The position numbers were made by a program, and so were the translations under genes. From an uncultured delta proteobacterium (GTDB taxonomy: Bacteria > Myxococcota > Myxococcia > Myxococcales > Anaeromyxobacteraceae): DNA of 64,000 nt. The DNA lies in NCBI GenBank assembly GCA_963766715.1, contig CAVYBH010000013.1:224001-288000 (forward strand), written 5' to 3'. Below are positions 9,758-20,045 of this stretch, piece after piece; positions within the stretch are counted from its first letter, which is position 1; every line of letters begins with the position of its first letter. The notes beneath the pieces were generated by a model that saw only the letters and a program-made list of their open reading frames with translations, searched no databases and was not told the origin of the DNA.

Positions 9758-10536
9758 TTTACGAGCTGTCGGGCGTGGGACTCGACGTGGACGGGCGCCC
9801 GGTCGTCCGCGACCTCACCTTCTCGGTCCGGGAAGGCGAGCGCCTGGTGGTGCTGGGCGTGAACGGCTGCGGGAAGACCACGCTCCTCAAGGCGCTCGAC
9901 GCGCTGACCTTCGCCGGGTCCGGCTCGATCCGCTACTCCGGCTCCCCGCTCGACCCCGGCGCGCTCGGCGACGCCGCGTTCCGGCGCCGGTTCCGGGGCG
10001 AGGTGGGCTTCCTGTTCCAGAACGTGGACGCGATGCTCTTCAACCCCACCGTCGCCGACGAGATTGCCTTCGGCCCGCGGCAGCTCGGACAGGGCGACGT
10101 CGAGGGGCGCGTCGCCCGGTGGGCCCGGGTCTTCGGGCTCGACGCCCTGCTCGCTCGCGCGCCCTTCGAGCTGTCCGGTGGGGAGAAGAAGCGGGTGGCC
10201 CTGGCCGCGCTCCTGGCGGTGGACCCGCGCGTCCTGCTCCTCGACGAGGCCACCGCCAACCTCGACCCCGCGTGGGCCGGCCGGCTCGTCGACCTCCTCG
10301 CCGAGCGCAAGGAGCTCACCGTGATCGCCGCGACCCACAACCTGTCGATCGCCGAGGAGCTCGGGGGCCGGGCGCTGCTGCTCGCCGCGGGGCGCCCCGG
10401 CCTGCTCTTCGACGGCGCACCCTCGGCGCTCTTGCGCAACCAGGGGCTCCTCATCCAGGCCGGGCTCGCCCATCTCCACCGCCACGTGCACGACGGCGCC
10501 GACCACGCCCACTTCCACGTTCATGACGTGGAGTGA
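9754..10536 (+). CDS. nikO: ECF ATPase NikO/CbiO with a His-rich tail
   Basis: GVNGCGKTT, FQN.D..LF.PTV.DEIAFGP, LSGGEKKR, LLLDE; C-terminus HLHRHVHDGADHAHFHVHDVE. Confidence 0.9.
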   Translation: MIYELSGVGLDVDGRPVVRDLTFSVREGERLVVLGVNGCGKTTLLKALDALTFAGSGSIRYSGSPLDPGALGDAAFRRRFRGEVGFLFQNVDAMLFNPTVADEIAFGPRQLGQGDVEGRVARWARVFGLDALLARAPFELSGGEKKRVALAALLAVDPRVLLLDEATANLDPAWAGRLVDLLAERKELTVIAATHNLSIAEELGGRALLLAAGRPGLLFDGAPSALLRNQGLLIQAGLAHLHRHVHDGADHAHFHVHDVE

Positions 10537-10600
10537 CCCCCATCAAGGGAGGCCCCGGGACGCCGTTCCGGGGTATCCTGCTGCGCGGAAAGGTGGCCAC

Positions 10601-11230
10601 ATGACCGCTGGAAAGCTCGTCGTCTTCGAAGGCATCTACGGCTCGGGGAAGCTCACCGTCGAGGTGGTCAACCGGCTGCGCGAGGCACTGGTGCGGCAGG
10701 GCCGCGAGGTCTACGAGATCGACAGCCCCGACACCGGCCGGGCTCGCGTGATGGGCGCGCAGGAGCTCGACACCAGCTGGCGCTACGGCGTCTTCGAGGC
10801 CGACTTCTTCTTCGAGCTGGCCTCCCGGGCGCGCGTCTGCTCGGTGGTTCGCGAGGAGCTGGCTCGCGGGAAGATCGTCCTCTGCAAGAACTTCTCGCTC
10901 GCCTCCGCCGTCCACGCCCGCCTCCAGGGGCACGACTGGGTCGGGGAGGAGCTGAACGTCCTGGAGAAGCGGGCGCGGGGGCTTCCCTTCGGCCGCGAGG
11001 TGGTTCCCGACCTCACCCTCTTCCTCGACGTCCGGCCCGAGGTCGCGGCCGGAGAGCTGGGGACGCGCCTCTCCGAGTTCTTCCCGGCCGGTACGCTGGC
11101 CCGCCAGCGGGACTTCTACCTGCAAGAGCTGTCCCGGCTCCCGGCCGATCGGGTGAAGATCATCGCCGCCGGCTCGGCGGACGGGGTCTTCGAGGAAGCC
11201 CTGCTCGCCATCCGGTCCCTCGCTCCGTAG
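10601..11230 (+). CDS. Thymidylate kinase-like protein with degenerate motifs
   Basis: GKLVVFEGIYGSGK, F.LASRA, PDLTLFLDV.PEVA; lacks the DRY/F motif. Confidence 0.7.
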   Translation: MTAGKLVVFEGIYGSGKLTVEVVNRLREALVRQGREVYEIDSPDTGRARVMGAQELDTSWRYGVFEADFFFELASRARVCSVVREELARGKIVLCKNFSLASAVHARLQGHDWVGEELNVLEKRARGLPFGREVVPDLTLFLDVRPEVAAGELGTRLSEFFPAGTLARQRDFYLQELSRLPADRVKIIAAGSADGVFEEALLAIRSLAP

Positions 11231-11305
11231 ACGCGGCGGCCGTGCCCCTCGTTCCCGGGGCATCGACCCTGGGTCGAACGCGCATCCCCCTCACGAGCCT
11301 CGTCG

Positions 11306-11340
11306 CGCGGATGGACGGTCATCCGCGTGAACGCTAAGGT
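11306..11340 (+). promoter_or_regulatory. Promoter with an inverted repeat overlapping the -35, upstream of the signalling operon
   Basis: TGGACG-N17-TAAGGT; CGCGGATG-N6-CATCCGCG at 11306-11327. Confidence 0.5.
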
Positions 11341-11399
11341 TTCGCCAGGCGTGCGGGGGCGCGCCCGACTCGTCGGCCGGCGCAAAGGGGACACCAACA

Positions 11400-12554
11400 G
11401 TGAATCTCTCGATGGCAGTCCTGGCCACGGCCCTCGCCGTCGCAGGAGACCCCGTCTACGTGGGGCTCGACCTCGAGTTCGGCCACCAGACCAGCACCTC
11501 GGCGGAGGCCGTGCAGCGCGGGGTGGAGCTGGCCATCGCGGAGGTGAACGCGGCAGGCGGGGTCCTCGGCGGGCGTCTCCTCCAGGCCGTCGTGCTGCCG
11601 AACCGGGCGGTGCCCGCGCGCGGCGTGGAGAACATCCGCGAGTTCGCCGCCCGCAAGGACGCCGTGGCCGTCTTCTGCGGGAAGTTCAGCCCGGTGGTCC
11701 TCGAGGAGCTGCCGATCCTGCACGAGCTCGAGATGCCGCTGCTGGATCCCTGGGCGGCCGCCGATGCCATCGTGGACAACGGCAAGCGTCCCAACTACGT
11801 CTTCCGCCTCTCCCTGCGGGATTCCTGGGCGATGCGGACCATGATGGCGTACGCCGCCTCCCGCGGCCTGGACCGGGTCGGCCTGCTCCTGCCCAACACG
11901 GGCTGGGGGCGGAGCAACGCCGCCGCGGCCGAGGCCTACCAGAAGGCCCACCCGACGCCGCGCATCGTCGCCACGCGCTGGTTCAACTGGGGCGTCGAGT
12001 CGCTCGCGGAGGACCACGAGGCCTTCCGGGCGGCTGGCGCGCAGGCCATCGTCTTCGTCACGAACGAGGCGCCCGGCGCGGTGCTCGTCCGCGAGACGGC
12101 GGCCATGCCCCCCGACAGGCGCCTGCCCATCATCGCCCATCACGGGATCGCCGGCGGCGACCTCGTCACCCTCTCCGGACCCGCGCTCTCCCAGGTCGAC
12201 CTCTCGGTGGTGCAGTTCTTCACCTTCGTGGGCAATGGCCGGCCCGAGGCGAAGGCCCTCCTCGCCGCGACCGAGAAGAGGTACGGGGTCCAGGACGCCG
12301 GGCACGTGCTCTCCGCCGGAGGCCTCGCCGCCGCCCACGACCTCACCCACCTGCTCGCACGCGCCGTGCAGAAGGCGGGGACCACCGACCGGCGCGCCGT
12401 GCGCAAGGCGCTGGAGGAGCTCGGCGAGTTCGACGGGGCCGTGAAGAAGCTGAGCCGCCCCTTCGCCCCCGATCGCCACGAGGCGCTCGGACCGGACGAC
12501 CTCTTCATGGCCCGCTTCACCTCCGATGGCGCGCTCGTCCGCATCGCCCCGTGA
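11400..12554 (+). CDS. Periplasmic binding protein type 1 (LivJ-like), probably a sensor partner
   Basis: GVELAI.EVNAAGGVLGGR, NYVFRLSLRD, WGRSN; no permease genes nearby. Confidence 0.85.
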   Translation: MNLSMAVLATALAVAGDPVYVGLDLEFGHQTSTSAEAVQRGVELAIAEVNAAGGVLGGRLLQAVVLPNRAVPARGVENIREFAARKDAVAVFCGKFSPVVLEELPILHELEMPLLDPWAAADAIVDNGKRPNYVFRLSLRDSWAMRTMMAYAASRGLDRVGLLLPNTGWGRSNAAAAEAYQKAHPTPRIVATRWFNWGVESLAEDHEAFRAAGAQAIVFVTNEAPGAVLVRETAAMPPDRRLPIIAHHGIAGGDLVTLSGPALSQVDLSVVQFFTFVGNGRPEAKALLAATEKRYGVQDAGHVLSAGGLAAAHDLTHLLARAVQKAGTTDRRAVRKALEELGEFDGAVKKLSRPFAPDRHEALGPDDLFMARFTSDGALVRIAP

Positions 12555-12558
12555 TCCC

Positions 12559-14480
12559 TTGACCCTCCGCCCCTCATCGATCGTGGGCCGGCTCCGGAGG
12601 TGGCTCGGGGCCAGCGTGTACCGCCAGGTCGGGGTGTCGCTCGGGGCGACCACGCTGGCCTTCGCGCTCTTGGTGGACACGCTCTCCTTCGTCACCGCGC
12701 GCGGGCAGATCAACCGTTCGGTCGATCGCCTCCTGGACGCCCAGGTCCTCCACGAGACGGAGCGGATGTCGAACGCCCTCTCGTCCACCGTGGACGCGGT
12801 CGCGGTCCTCGGGCGCAGCCGCATGCTCTCGAACGCGCTCGTCGACTCCGAGGGCCGCCTGGTCTACGTGGCGCCATTCCTCCGCGACTTCGAGGCGGGC
12901 CGGACCAAGAAGCTGGCATTGACGCTTGGTGACTTCCGCGGCTCGCCCATCGCCACGACCCACGCCGACGGGAACGCGGGCTTCGTCGGGGCCCCGTGGC
13001 TCCCCGCGGTGGTCGACGCCGGGAAGCCACACGCCGAGATCACCGGTTCCCGGCAGGCGCCGGTCCTGCTCGTGGCCTGGCCGGTGCTCTTCCCGGAGAC
13101 CCGGACCACCGAGGGCGTCCTCGTCGCCGAGTTCGACGCCCGTTCCGTGCTCCGGCCGTCGCCGGGCGGCTCCCAGGCCCTCTCCCCGGTGCGGATCCGC
13201 GTGTCGGATGCCTCCGGCGCCGTCCTGTCCGAAGGAGGGGAGCCCGGCGCCTGGATCGGCATGCTCTCCCGGACGGCGCCCGTGCCGGTGCCCGACCTTC
13301 TCGTCCCGCTCGGGCTCCGCGTCGAGGTGGGCATCCCGAAGTCGGTGGCCTACGCACCGCTCCGGTCCCTCGCCTTCGTCTACCTGCTCGGCACCGTGGC
13401 GGTCGTGCTCGCCGCGCTGGGCGTGGCCCGCCTGGTGGCCGACCGGCTGACGCGGCCGGTCCGGCGCCTCTCCGCCGAGGCCTCCCGCGTGGCCGACAGT
13501 GCGCGGCTCGACGCCGGGGTCTCGGTGGAGGGCACCGACGAGGTCGCCCAGCTGGCGCGGGCGTTCAACGAGATGCTGCTGCGGCTGCAGCTCACGACCG
13601 AGTCCCGCCTCGCCGCGCTGCGGGAGCAGAACGCCGAGCTGGTGCGGGCCCACGCGGCCCAGAAGCGTCTCGAGGACGAGCTCCACCAGGCCCAGAAGCT
13701 CGAGGCGGTCGGCCGCCTGGCCGCCGGGATCGCCCACGAGATCAACACCCCCACGCAGTACATCGGCGACAACACCCGCTTCCTCGCCGACGCCGTCGAG
13801 TCGCTCTCGCGGATGCTCGACCGGCAGCGGCGCGAGCTCGACCGCGTCGCCTCGCTCGAGGTCCTCTCCCGTCTCGACGTGTTCGGCGAAGAGCTGGACC
13901 TGCCCTACGTGCGGGCCGAGACGCCCCGCACCGTGGCCCGCACGCTGGAGGGCGTCCGGCGCGTGGCCACCATCGTGCGCGCCATGCGCGAGTTCGCCCA
14001 CCCCGGGCAGGGAAATCCGGTGGCCTCGGACATCAACCGGTCCCTGGAGGCCACCCTCGACGTGGCGCGCAACGAGTACCGGTACGTGGCCGACGTCGAG
14101 ACCGAGCTCGGGCCCCTGCCGCTCGTCACCTGCCGACCCGGCGATCTGAACCAGGTCTTCCTCAACGTGATCGTGAACGCCGCGCACGCCATCTCGGACG
14201 TCGTCGGGGGAACCGGCAACCGCGGCCTCATCCGGGTGCGGACCGTCGCCGAGGGGGACGAGGTGGTCATCTCCATCACCGACACGGGCGCCGGGATCCC
14301 GCCCGACATCCAGGACAAGGTCTTCGAGCCCTTCTTCACGACCAAGGAGGTCGGGCGGGGCTCCGGCCAGGGGCTCGCCATCGCCCGGGGCATCGTGGAG
14401 AAGCACAGGGGCTCGATCACCTTCGATTCGACGCCCGGCAAGGGCACCACCTTCCACATCCGCATCCCGCCCCGGCGAGC
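12559..14480 (+). CDS. Membrane sensor histidine kinase (periplasmic domain, HAMP, HisKA, HATPase); possibly fused to the next REC-HDOD
   Basis: Two TM helices, DEVAQLARAFNEM, GIAHEINTP, QVFLNVIVNA, DTGAGI, PFFTTK..G.GSGQGL; the raw ORF runs to 14658. Confidence 0.9.
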
Positions 14481-14489
14481 CTCCGATCG

Positions 14490-15626
14490 AGCGACCTGCC
14501 GCTCCGGAGCATCCTCCTCGTCGACGACGACCGGTCCGTGCTCGGTGGGCTCCAGCACGTCCTGCGCGCCGAGCGACAACGCCTGTCCGTGCGCGCCGCC
14601 GACGGTGCGGTCTCCGCCCTGGCCGCGATGGCCCGCGAGCCCGCCGACGTCATGGTGACGGACCTCCGGATGCCCGGGATGGACGGGCTGGACCTCCTCG
14701 AGCGGGTCATGTCCGAGTGGCCCGGCACGGCGCGAATCCTCCTCTCCGGGTGGGCCGACCTGGACACCATCATCCGGGCCGGCGCGGTGGCCCACCGCTA
14801 CCTGATCGAAGCCCTGCGAGGCCGAGTCGCTCCGCCGGGAGCTCGCCGACGTCTGCGAGGCCCAGGACCGGCTTCCCGATCCCCGCCTCCGCGCCGCGCT
14901 CGGCTCCATCGGGTCCCTGCCCGTCTCCCCGTCGACGGTCGCGGCCATGCTCGCCCTTCCGGACGACCCCGTCGCGAGGGCCCGGATCGTCGCCGAGGCC
15001 GTCGCCTCCGACGTCGCGCTGGCCGTCCGGGTGGTGCAGCTGGCGGGGTCCCCGTCCTTCGGGGCGCCCCACCCCGTCGCCGGCGTCCAGGAGGCGCTCC
15101 ACCTCCTCGGGCCCGGACCTGCTCCGCGCGGTCACGGCGACCCTCGAGCCGCTGGCCTCGGCGTCGGTGCTTCCCGGCGCCGCCGCGTCGCTGGAGGGGC
15201 TCGAGCATCACGCCCGCTCGACCGCCCGGGTGGCGCGGATCATCGCCCCGGATGGCGCGGCGGCCGACGAGATCGCGACTGCCGCGCTCCTGCACGACGC
15301 GGGGCGCCTGGCCCTCCTCACCCGCCTCCCGGGCCCCTATCTCGAGACCGTGCAGCTCGCGGCGCGGTCCGGGCAATCGCTCCCGGACGTCGAGCGGGAC
15401 GTGCTCGGCACGACCCATGCCCAGGTGGGCGCCTACCTCCTCGGATTGTGGGGCCTGCCCCGGCCCATCGTCGACGCGGTGGCCCGCCACCACGACGACT
15501 CCGCCCTCGAGGGGAGCGGCGAGGACGTCGCCGCCATCGTCGCCACAGCCAACCTGCTGGCACACCATGCCGAGGCCTCCGAACGGTCCGGCCGCGGGAA
15601 GTGCCTTCGCCCGGAGCTTCCGATGA
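14490..15626 (+). CDS. Response regulator REC + HDOD domain protein (two or more frameshifts)
   Basis: ILLVDDD..TDLRMPGMDG..RILLSG..(KP)C; then LLHDAGRL, THAQVGAYLLGLWGLP..VARHH. Confidence 0.82.
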   Translation, partial: SDLPLRSILLVDDDRSVLGGLQHVLRAERQRLSVRAADGAVSALAAMAREPADVMVTDLRMPGMDGLDLLERVMSEWPGTARILLSGWADLDTIIRAGAVAHRYLIEALRGRVAPPGARRRLRGPGPASRSPPPRRARLHRVPARLPVDGRGHARPSGRPRREGPDRRRGRRLRRRAGRPGGAAGGVPVLRGAPPRRRRPGGAPPPRARTCSARSRRPSSRWPRRRCFPAPPRRWRGSSITPARPPGWRGSSPRMARRPTRSRLPRSCTTRGAWPSSPASRAPISRPCSSRRGPGNRSRTSSGTCSARPMPRWAPTSSDCGACPGPSSTRWPATTTTPPSRGAARTSPPSSPQPTCWHTMPRPPNGPAAGSAFARSFR

Positions 15627-16773
15627 CCTCGATGGTCGACCTTCCGTCCTGTGCGTCGACGACGAACCGAACCTCCTCGCCGGCCTGGAGCACACGCTCC
15701 GCCGCCGGTTCCGGGTCACCACCGCGCCCGGAGGCGCCGAGGGGCTCCGCCTGCTCGACACGCCCCGCGCCTTCGACGTGATCATCTCCGACTACCGCAT
15801 GCCGGGGATGGACGGCGCCGAGTTCCTGCGTCGCTCCCGTGAGACCGCCCCCGAGGCCGTCCGGGTGCTCCTCACCGGTCACGCCTCCCTGGAGGGCGCC
15901 ATCGCGGCGGTGAACGAGGGGCACGTCTTCCGGTTCCTCATGAAGCCCTGCCCGCCCGAGGTCCTGGTGGGCGCGGTGGAGGCGGCCGCCGCCGAGGGGC
16001 GCGCGGTGGCCGCGGAGCGCCAGGGACTCAAGGAGGCCATCGCCGACCTCTCCGGCGAGCTGAAGGAGGCCTCCCGCCTCGCCACGGTCGGGCGGCTGGC
16101 GAGCTCCTTCGGGCACGAGATCAACAACATGGTCACCGTGCTCGACGGCACCATCGCCGGGCTCCGGGACACCGACGAGCGCGGTGCGCCGATTGACCCG
16201 GAGGACATGGCGGCGCTCGCCCACGTCCGGCGACACCTCTTCTCCCACGGCCGCAACCTCATGCGCCTGGGGAAGCCGGCGCCGGCGGCGGGAGGGAGCG
16301 CCGACCTGGGCCGGTGCGTGGCCGACGCCGTCTCGATGCTGCGGGACACCGGCCCGCTCCGCCGTCCCGAGGTGGTGCTCGAGCTGCCGCGCGAGCCGGT
16401 CCGGGTCGTGCTCGGGGAGACGCCGCTCGAGCAAATCCTGCTCAACCTCATCAAGAACGCCTCGGACGCGGTGCGCGGCGTCGCCGGGAGACCGGCGCAG
16501 ATCCGCGTGGCCGTGGCCGTGGACGCGGCGAGCGGGATGGCCTCCTGCACCGTCGAGGACAACGGGACCGGAATCCCGCCCGAGTCGATGGAGCGCATCT
16601 TCGAGCCGTTCCACACCACCAAGGAGCCCGGGAGCGGCACCGGACTGGGGCTCTTCGTGGTCCGGCACATCGTGGAGTCGTCCGGCGGCAAGGTGGCGGC
16701 CAGCAGCCAGGTGGGCGCGGGGAGCTCCTTCACCTTCAGCCTGCCAATCGACCAGGGAACCGACTCCGACTAG
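15623..16773 (+). CDS. Hybrid REC + histidine kinase (frameshift just after the ATG)
   Basis: GGAG RBS; VLCVDDE..SDYRMPGMDG..KP; GHEINN; NLIKNA; DNGTGI; GTGLGL. Confidence 0.88.
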
Positions 16774-17189
16774 GGCCGCTCGCGGGCCCGGGCTTCGGCG
16801 GCTACGACGGCGGCTTCTGCGCAGAGGCCGGCGGCGTGTTGTCGGGGGCCTGCATCGCCGGGAGCGGACACCTGCGACGCCGTGCACTCGTAGTCGACGC
16901 GGATGCCGTACGGGGCACCGGCCGCGCCCGTGGGGTCGGCCATCGCGCCCGGCGTGGCGGGCGGGGGCCCGGAGTAGCCCCGGCTGTGCTCCTGGGACTG
17001 GCCCACCACCCGGTACTTTCCGTCGCAGTGGCTGCTCATGAGCTCCCGGGCGCGGTCCCAGGCCTTGTCGTTGTTGGCGGAGAGCATGATCGACCCACCG
17101 TCGGGGCGGGTGCCAATCCGTTCCGCGCGGCCGGGGGCTCCACACGCGGTGAGTGCGACGAGCGCGATCATTGCCGTCCTGGAGGTCAT
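16770..17189 (-). CDS. Hypothetical lipoprotein
   Basis: Lipobox ALTAC; Cys-containing small domain. Confidence 0.55.
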   Translation of the reverse strand: MTSRTAMIALVALTACGAPGRAERIGTRPDGGSIMLSANNDKAWDRARELMSSHCDGKYRVVGQSQEHSRGYSGPPPATPGAMADPTGAAGAPYGIRVDYECTASQVSAPGDAGPRQHAAGLCAEAAVVAAEARARERP

Positions 17190-17317
17190 TCCCGATCGGT
17201 AGCACGAGCCTGGGGGGGCGGCGAGAGAAGCATGGGGCGTTGCCGGCACCGCAATCGCCTGGGCGGCGGTTGCACCCGGGAGCGGCCCGGGCGCATCATC
17301 GCGACCCGGAGGACGCC

Positions 17318-18103
17318 ATGGACGCCACCACGCTCAACACCCACCTCGAGAAGCATCTTCGGGTCGCCACCTTCCCGCTGGGCATCCGGCCGCTTCGCCC
17401 CGGGGAGCCCTTCCCGGCGAAGGCCAGGCGGCCGCTGGCCCAGATGGGCGTGAAGGTCGCCATCTGCCAGGCCCTGGGACTCGCCCGCCGCTACGGCTGG
17501 ACCATGGGATTCTCCGGCGAGGACCTCTCCTGCCCCATCGCCAAGGCCGTCTTCGGCTTCGAGGAACGAAACGATTACTACACGTCCGGGACCCTCGCCG
17601 ACGGGATGTACGCCTCGTGCCGCGAGGCCGGCGCCCGCTTCGAGGACGCCCTCGCCAAGTACGAGGTCGGGGAGATCGCCGGCGTGGTCGCCGGGCCGCT
17701 CAACCGGATCGACTTCGAGCCCGAGACGGTCCTCGTGTACGGCAACTCCGCCCAGGTGCTGCGCCTGCTCAACGCCTGCCTCTTCGAGAAGGGGGGCGCG
17801 CTGCGGTCCGAGTTCTCCGGGCGCGGGGACTGCTCGGACATCATCATCCGCACCGGGAAGACCTCCGAGCCGCAGGTGATCCTGCCCTGCTACGGCGATC
17901 GGATCTTCGGAATGGCCGCCGACGACGAGATGGCCTTCACGTTCCCGTTCCGGATGGCCGAGCAGGTCGTGAAGGGGCTCGAGGGCACCCACGCGGGCGG
18001 CGTGCGCTACCCGGTGCCCATCTTCCTCCGCTACCAGGCCGACTTCCCCAAGAGCTACCAGGAGCTCGAGAAGCTCTGGCAGTCGGAGAAGCCCGGCTCG
18101 TAG
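17318..18103 (+). CDS. DUF169 family protein
   Basis: ICQA..LARRYGW, CPIA..FG, PET.L.YGN.AQ, C.D, PCYGDR; GGAGG RBS. Confidence 0.85.
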   Translation: MDATTLNTHLEKHLRVATFPLGIRPLRPGEPFPAKARRPLAQMGVKVAICQALGLARRYGWTMGFSGEDLSCPIAKAVFGFEERNDYYTSGTLADGMYASCREAGARFEDALAKYEVGEIAGVVAGPLNRIDFEPETVLVYGNSAQVLRLLNACLFEKGGALRSEFSGRGDCSDIIIRTGKTSEPQVILPCYGDRIFGMAADDEMAFTFPFRMAEQVVKGLEGTHAGGVRYPVPIFLRYQADFPKSYQELEKLWQSEKPGS

Positions 18104-18109
18104 CGCGCG

Positions 18110-18661
18110 TCAGCGCTGGGGCGGGAACTTCTGGAGCTTGCGCTGCAGGGACCGGCGGTGGATCCCGAGCCGGCGGGACGCCTCCGAGACGTTGCCCTCG
18201 CAGTCGGTGAGCACGCGCTGGATGTGCTCCCACTCCGCGCGGGCGAGCGAGGGCGTGTCGATCTCGACGGGGGCCCGCGTCGCGCCCCGGCCCAGGAGCT
18301 CCGCCACGACCTCGTCGGCGTCGGCCGGCTTCGAGAGGTAGCCCACGGCCCCTCGGCGGGTGGCCTCGACCGCGGTGGCGATCGACCCGTAGCCGGTGAG
18401 CATGAGCACCCGGGTGGCGGGGTCGATGGCGCGCAGCGCCTCGAGGACCTCGATCCCCGACGGCCCGGGCATGCGCAGGTCGACCACGGCGTACTCGGGC
18501 GCATCCCGCCGGGCGATCTCGATGGCCTCTGCCCCGCCGGGCGCCGTCGTCACGTCGAAGCCGCGCTCCCGGAGCGCGCGTCCCAGCCGCTCCCGCAGCA
18601 CCTCGTCGTCGTCGACGAGCAGCAGGGTCAGCCCGCCGTCCTTCCCGCCTTCCTGGCTCAT
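18110..18661 (-). CDS. regA: RegA/PrrA-family response regulator
   Basis: LTGYGSIATAV.A, YLSKPADAD, EWEHIQRVL..C.GNVSE..RRLG.HRRSLQRKL. Confidence 0.93.
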   Translation of the reverse strand: MSQEGGKDGGLTLLLVDDDEVLRERLGRALRERGFDVTTAPGGAEAIEIARRDAPEYAVVDLRMPGPSGIEVLEALRAIDPATRVLMLTGYGSIATAVEATRRGAVGYLSKPADADEVVAELLGRGATRAPVEIDTPSLARAEWEHIQRVLTDCEGNVSEASRRLGIHRRSLQRKLQKFPPQR

Positions 18662-19960
18662 GCAGCCTCCTCGCGTCGGGGTGTCGAAGCCGGCAGGACG
18701 ATGCGGGCCGTCGTGCCCCGCCCGGGAGCCGATTCGAGCTCCAGCCTCCCGCCCAGCTGCTCGGCGAGGGTCCGGGCGATGTAGAGCCCGAGCCCGCTGC
18801 CCTGCCCCGTCTCCTTGGTGGTGAAGAAGGGCTCCCCGGCGCGCGCCAGCACGTCGGGCGCCATCCCGGGACCGTCGTCCTGGACCTCGACCGTCACGGT
18901 GGAGCCGGTCGCCCGGGCCCGCAGGTGCACCTTTCCGCGCTCCCCGCTCGCCTGCAGCGCGTTCTGCAGGAGGACGCGCAGGGCCCGCTCCAGGCCGTGG
19001 GCCGGTCCGCGAACCGACGCCTCCTTGCAGCCGACCTCCGTCTCGACCCGGCCCACCCCGGGAAGGCCGCCGAGCGCGGCCGCCACCCACCCCGCCACCG
19101 GGACCTCGACGATGGGCTCCCCGGCGTTCTCGCCGGCCCGCGCCGACATCTGCTGGAGGATCTCCTTGCAGCGGGACACCTGCGAGCGGATGAGCCCCAC
19201 GTCGGCCCGGGCCGACTCGGAGGCGCCCCGGCGCTGCATGTCCCGGTCGAGCTCCTTGGCGGCGATGGCGATGGCCGAGAGCGGCGTGGCCAGCTCGTGG
19301 GCGGCGCCCGCGGCGAGCGTGACGAGCGAGGCCAGCTTGGCCCGCTGCTCGGCGAGGCGCCGCTCCCGGGCCAGCTCCTCGTCGCGACGCGCCAGCGCCC
19401 GCGTCACCCGCTGCACGATGAGCACGATGACGAAGGCGGCGATCGCCACCGCCACGAGCATGCCGTAGAGGTGGACGCCCATCATCGCCTCGTGCTCCTG
19501 CACGCCGAAGGGCGCCCACTGCTGCAGGGGAAAGAGCGCGCCGAAGGCGAGGACGCTGAAGACCGCCTGGGTCCAGGACCAGCGAGGCGGCAGGAGGACC
19601 GCGGCCAGCGCCACGTTCACGATGTAGAGCGTGGAGAAGGGGTTGAAGTGCCCCCCGGAGAGGTGGAGGAGACCCGTCAGGATCGCCGTGTCGAAGAGCA
19701 TGACCCCGGCGAGGAAGCCGTCCGAGACGGTCGGGTCGGTGCGCAGCCAGGCCCGGAGCGCCAGGTTCCCGGCGATCGCGATGCCGACGAGCACCGCCAG
19801 GGGGGCGATCGGGCAGCTCCATCAGCCCCGCCACCTGGACCCCGACGATGGCCGCCGACTCCCCGAGGATGGCGATCCAGTGGAGCTTGACCAGCCAGTC
19901 GAGCTTGATGCGCCCCGGTTCGGCGACCAGGTCTGTGATCCGCTCGGCCAAGGCCCGCAT
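18658..19960 (-). CDS. regB: RegB/PrrB-family sensor kinase (frameshift near 19805)
   Basis: SGG.FNPF quinone-binding motif, AAGAAHELATPL, conserved Cys in SRCKEIL, GEPFFTTK, GLGL. Confidence 0.88.
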
Positions 19961-20045
19961 CTTGACAGAGGGTCGACCCGTTCAAAAGTGCGCTTCCGTC
20001 GCGCCCCCCTCTGGTATCGTCCCCCGTCCAGAGGAGGTTCACCGC

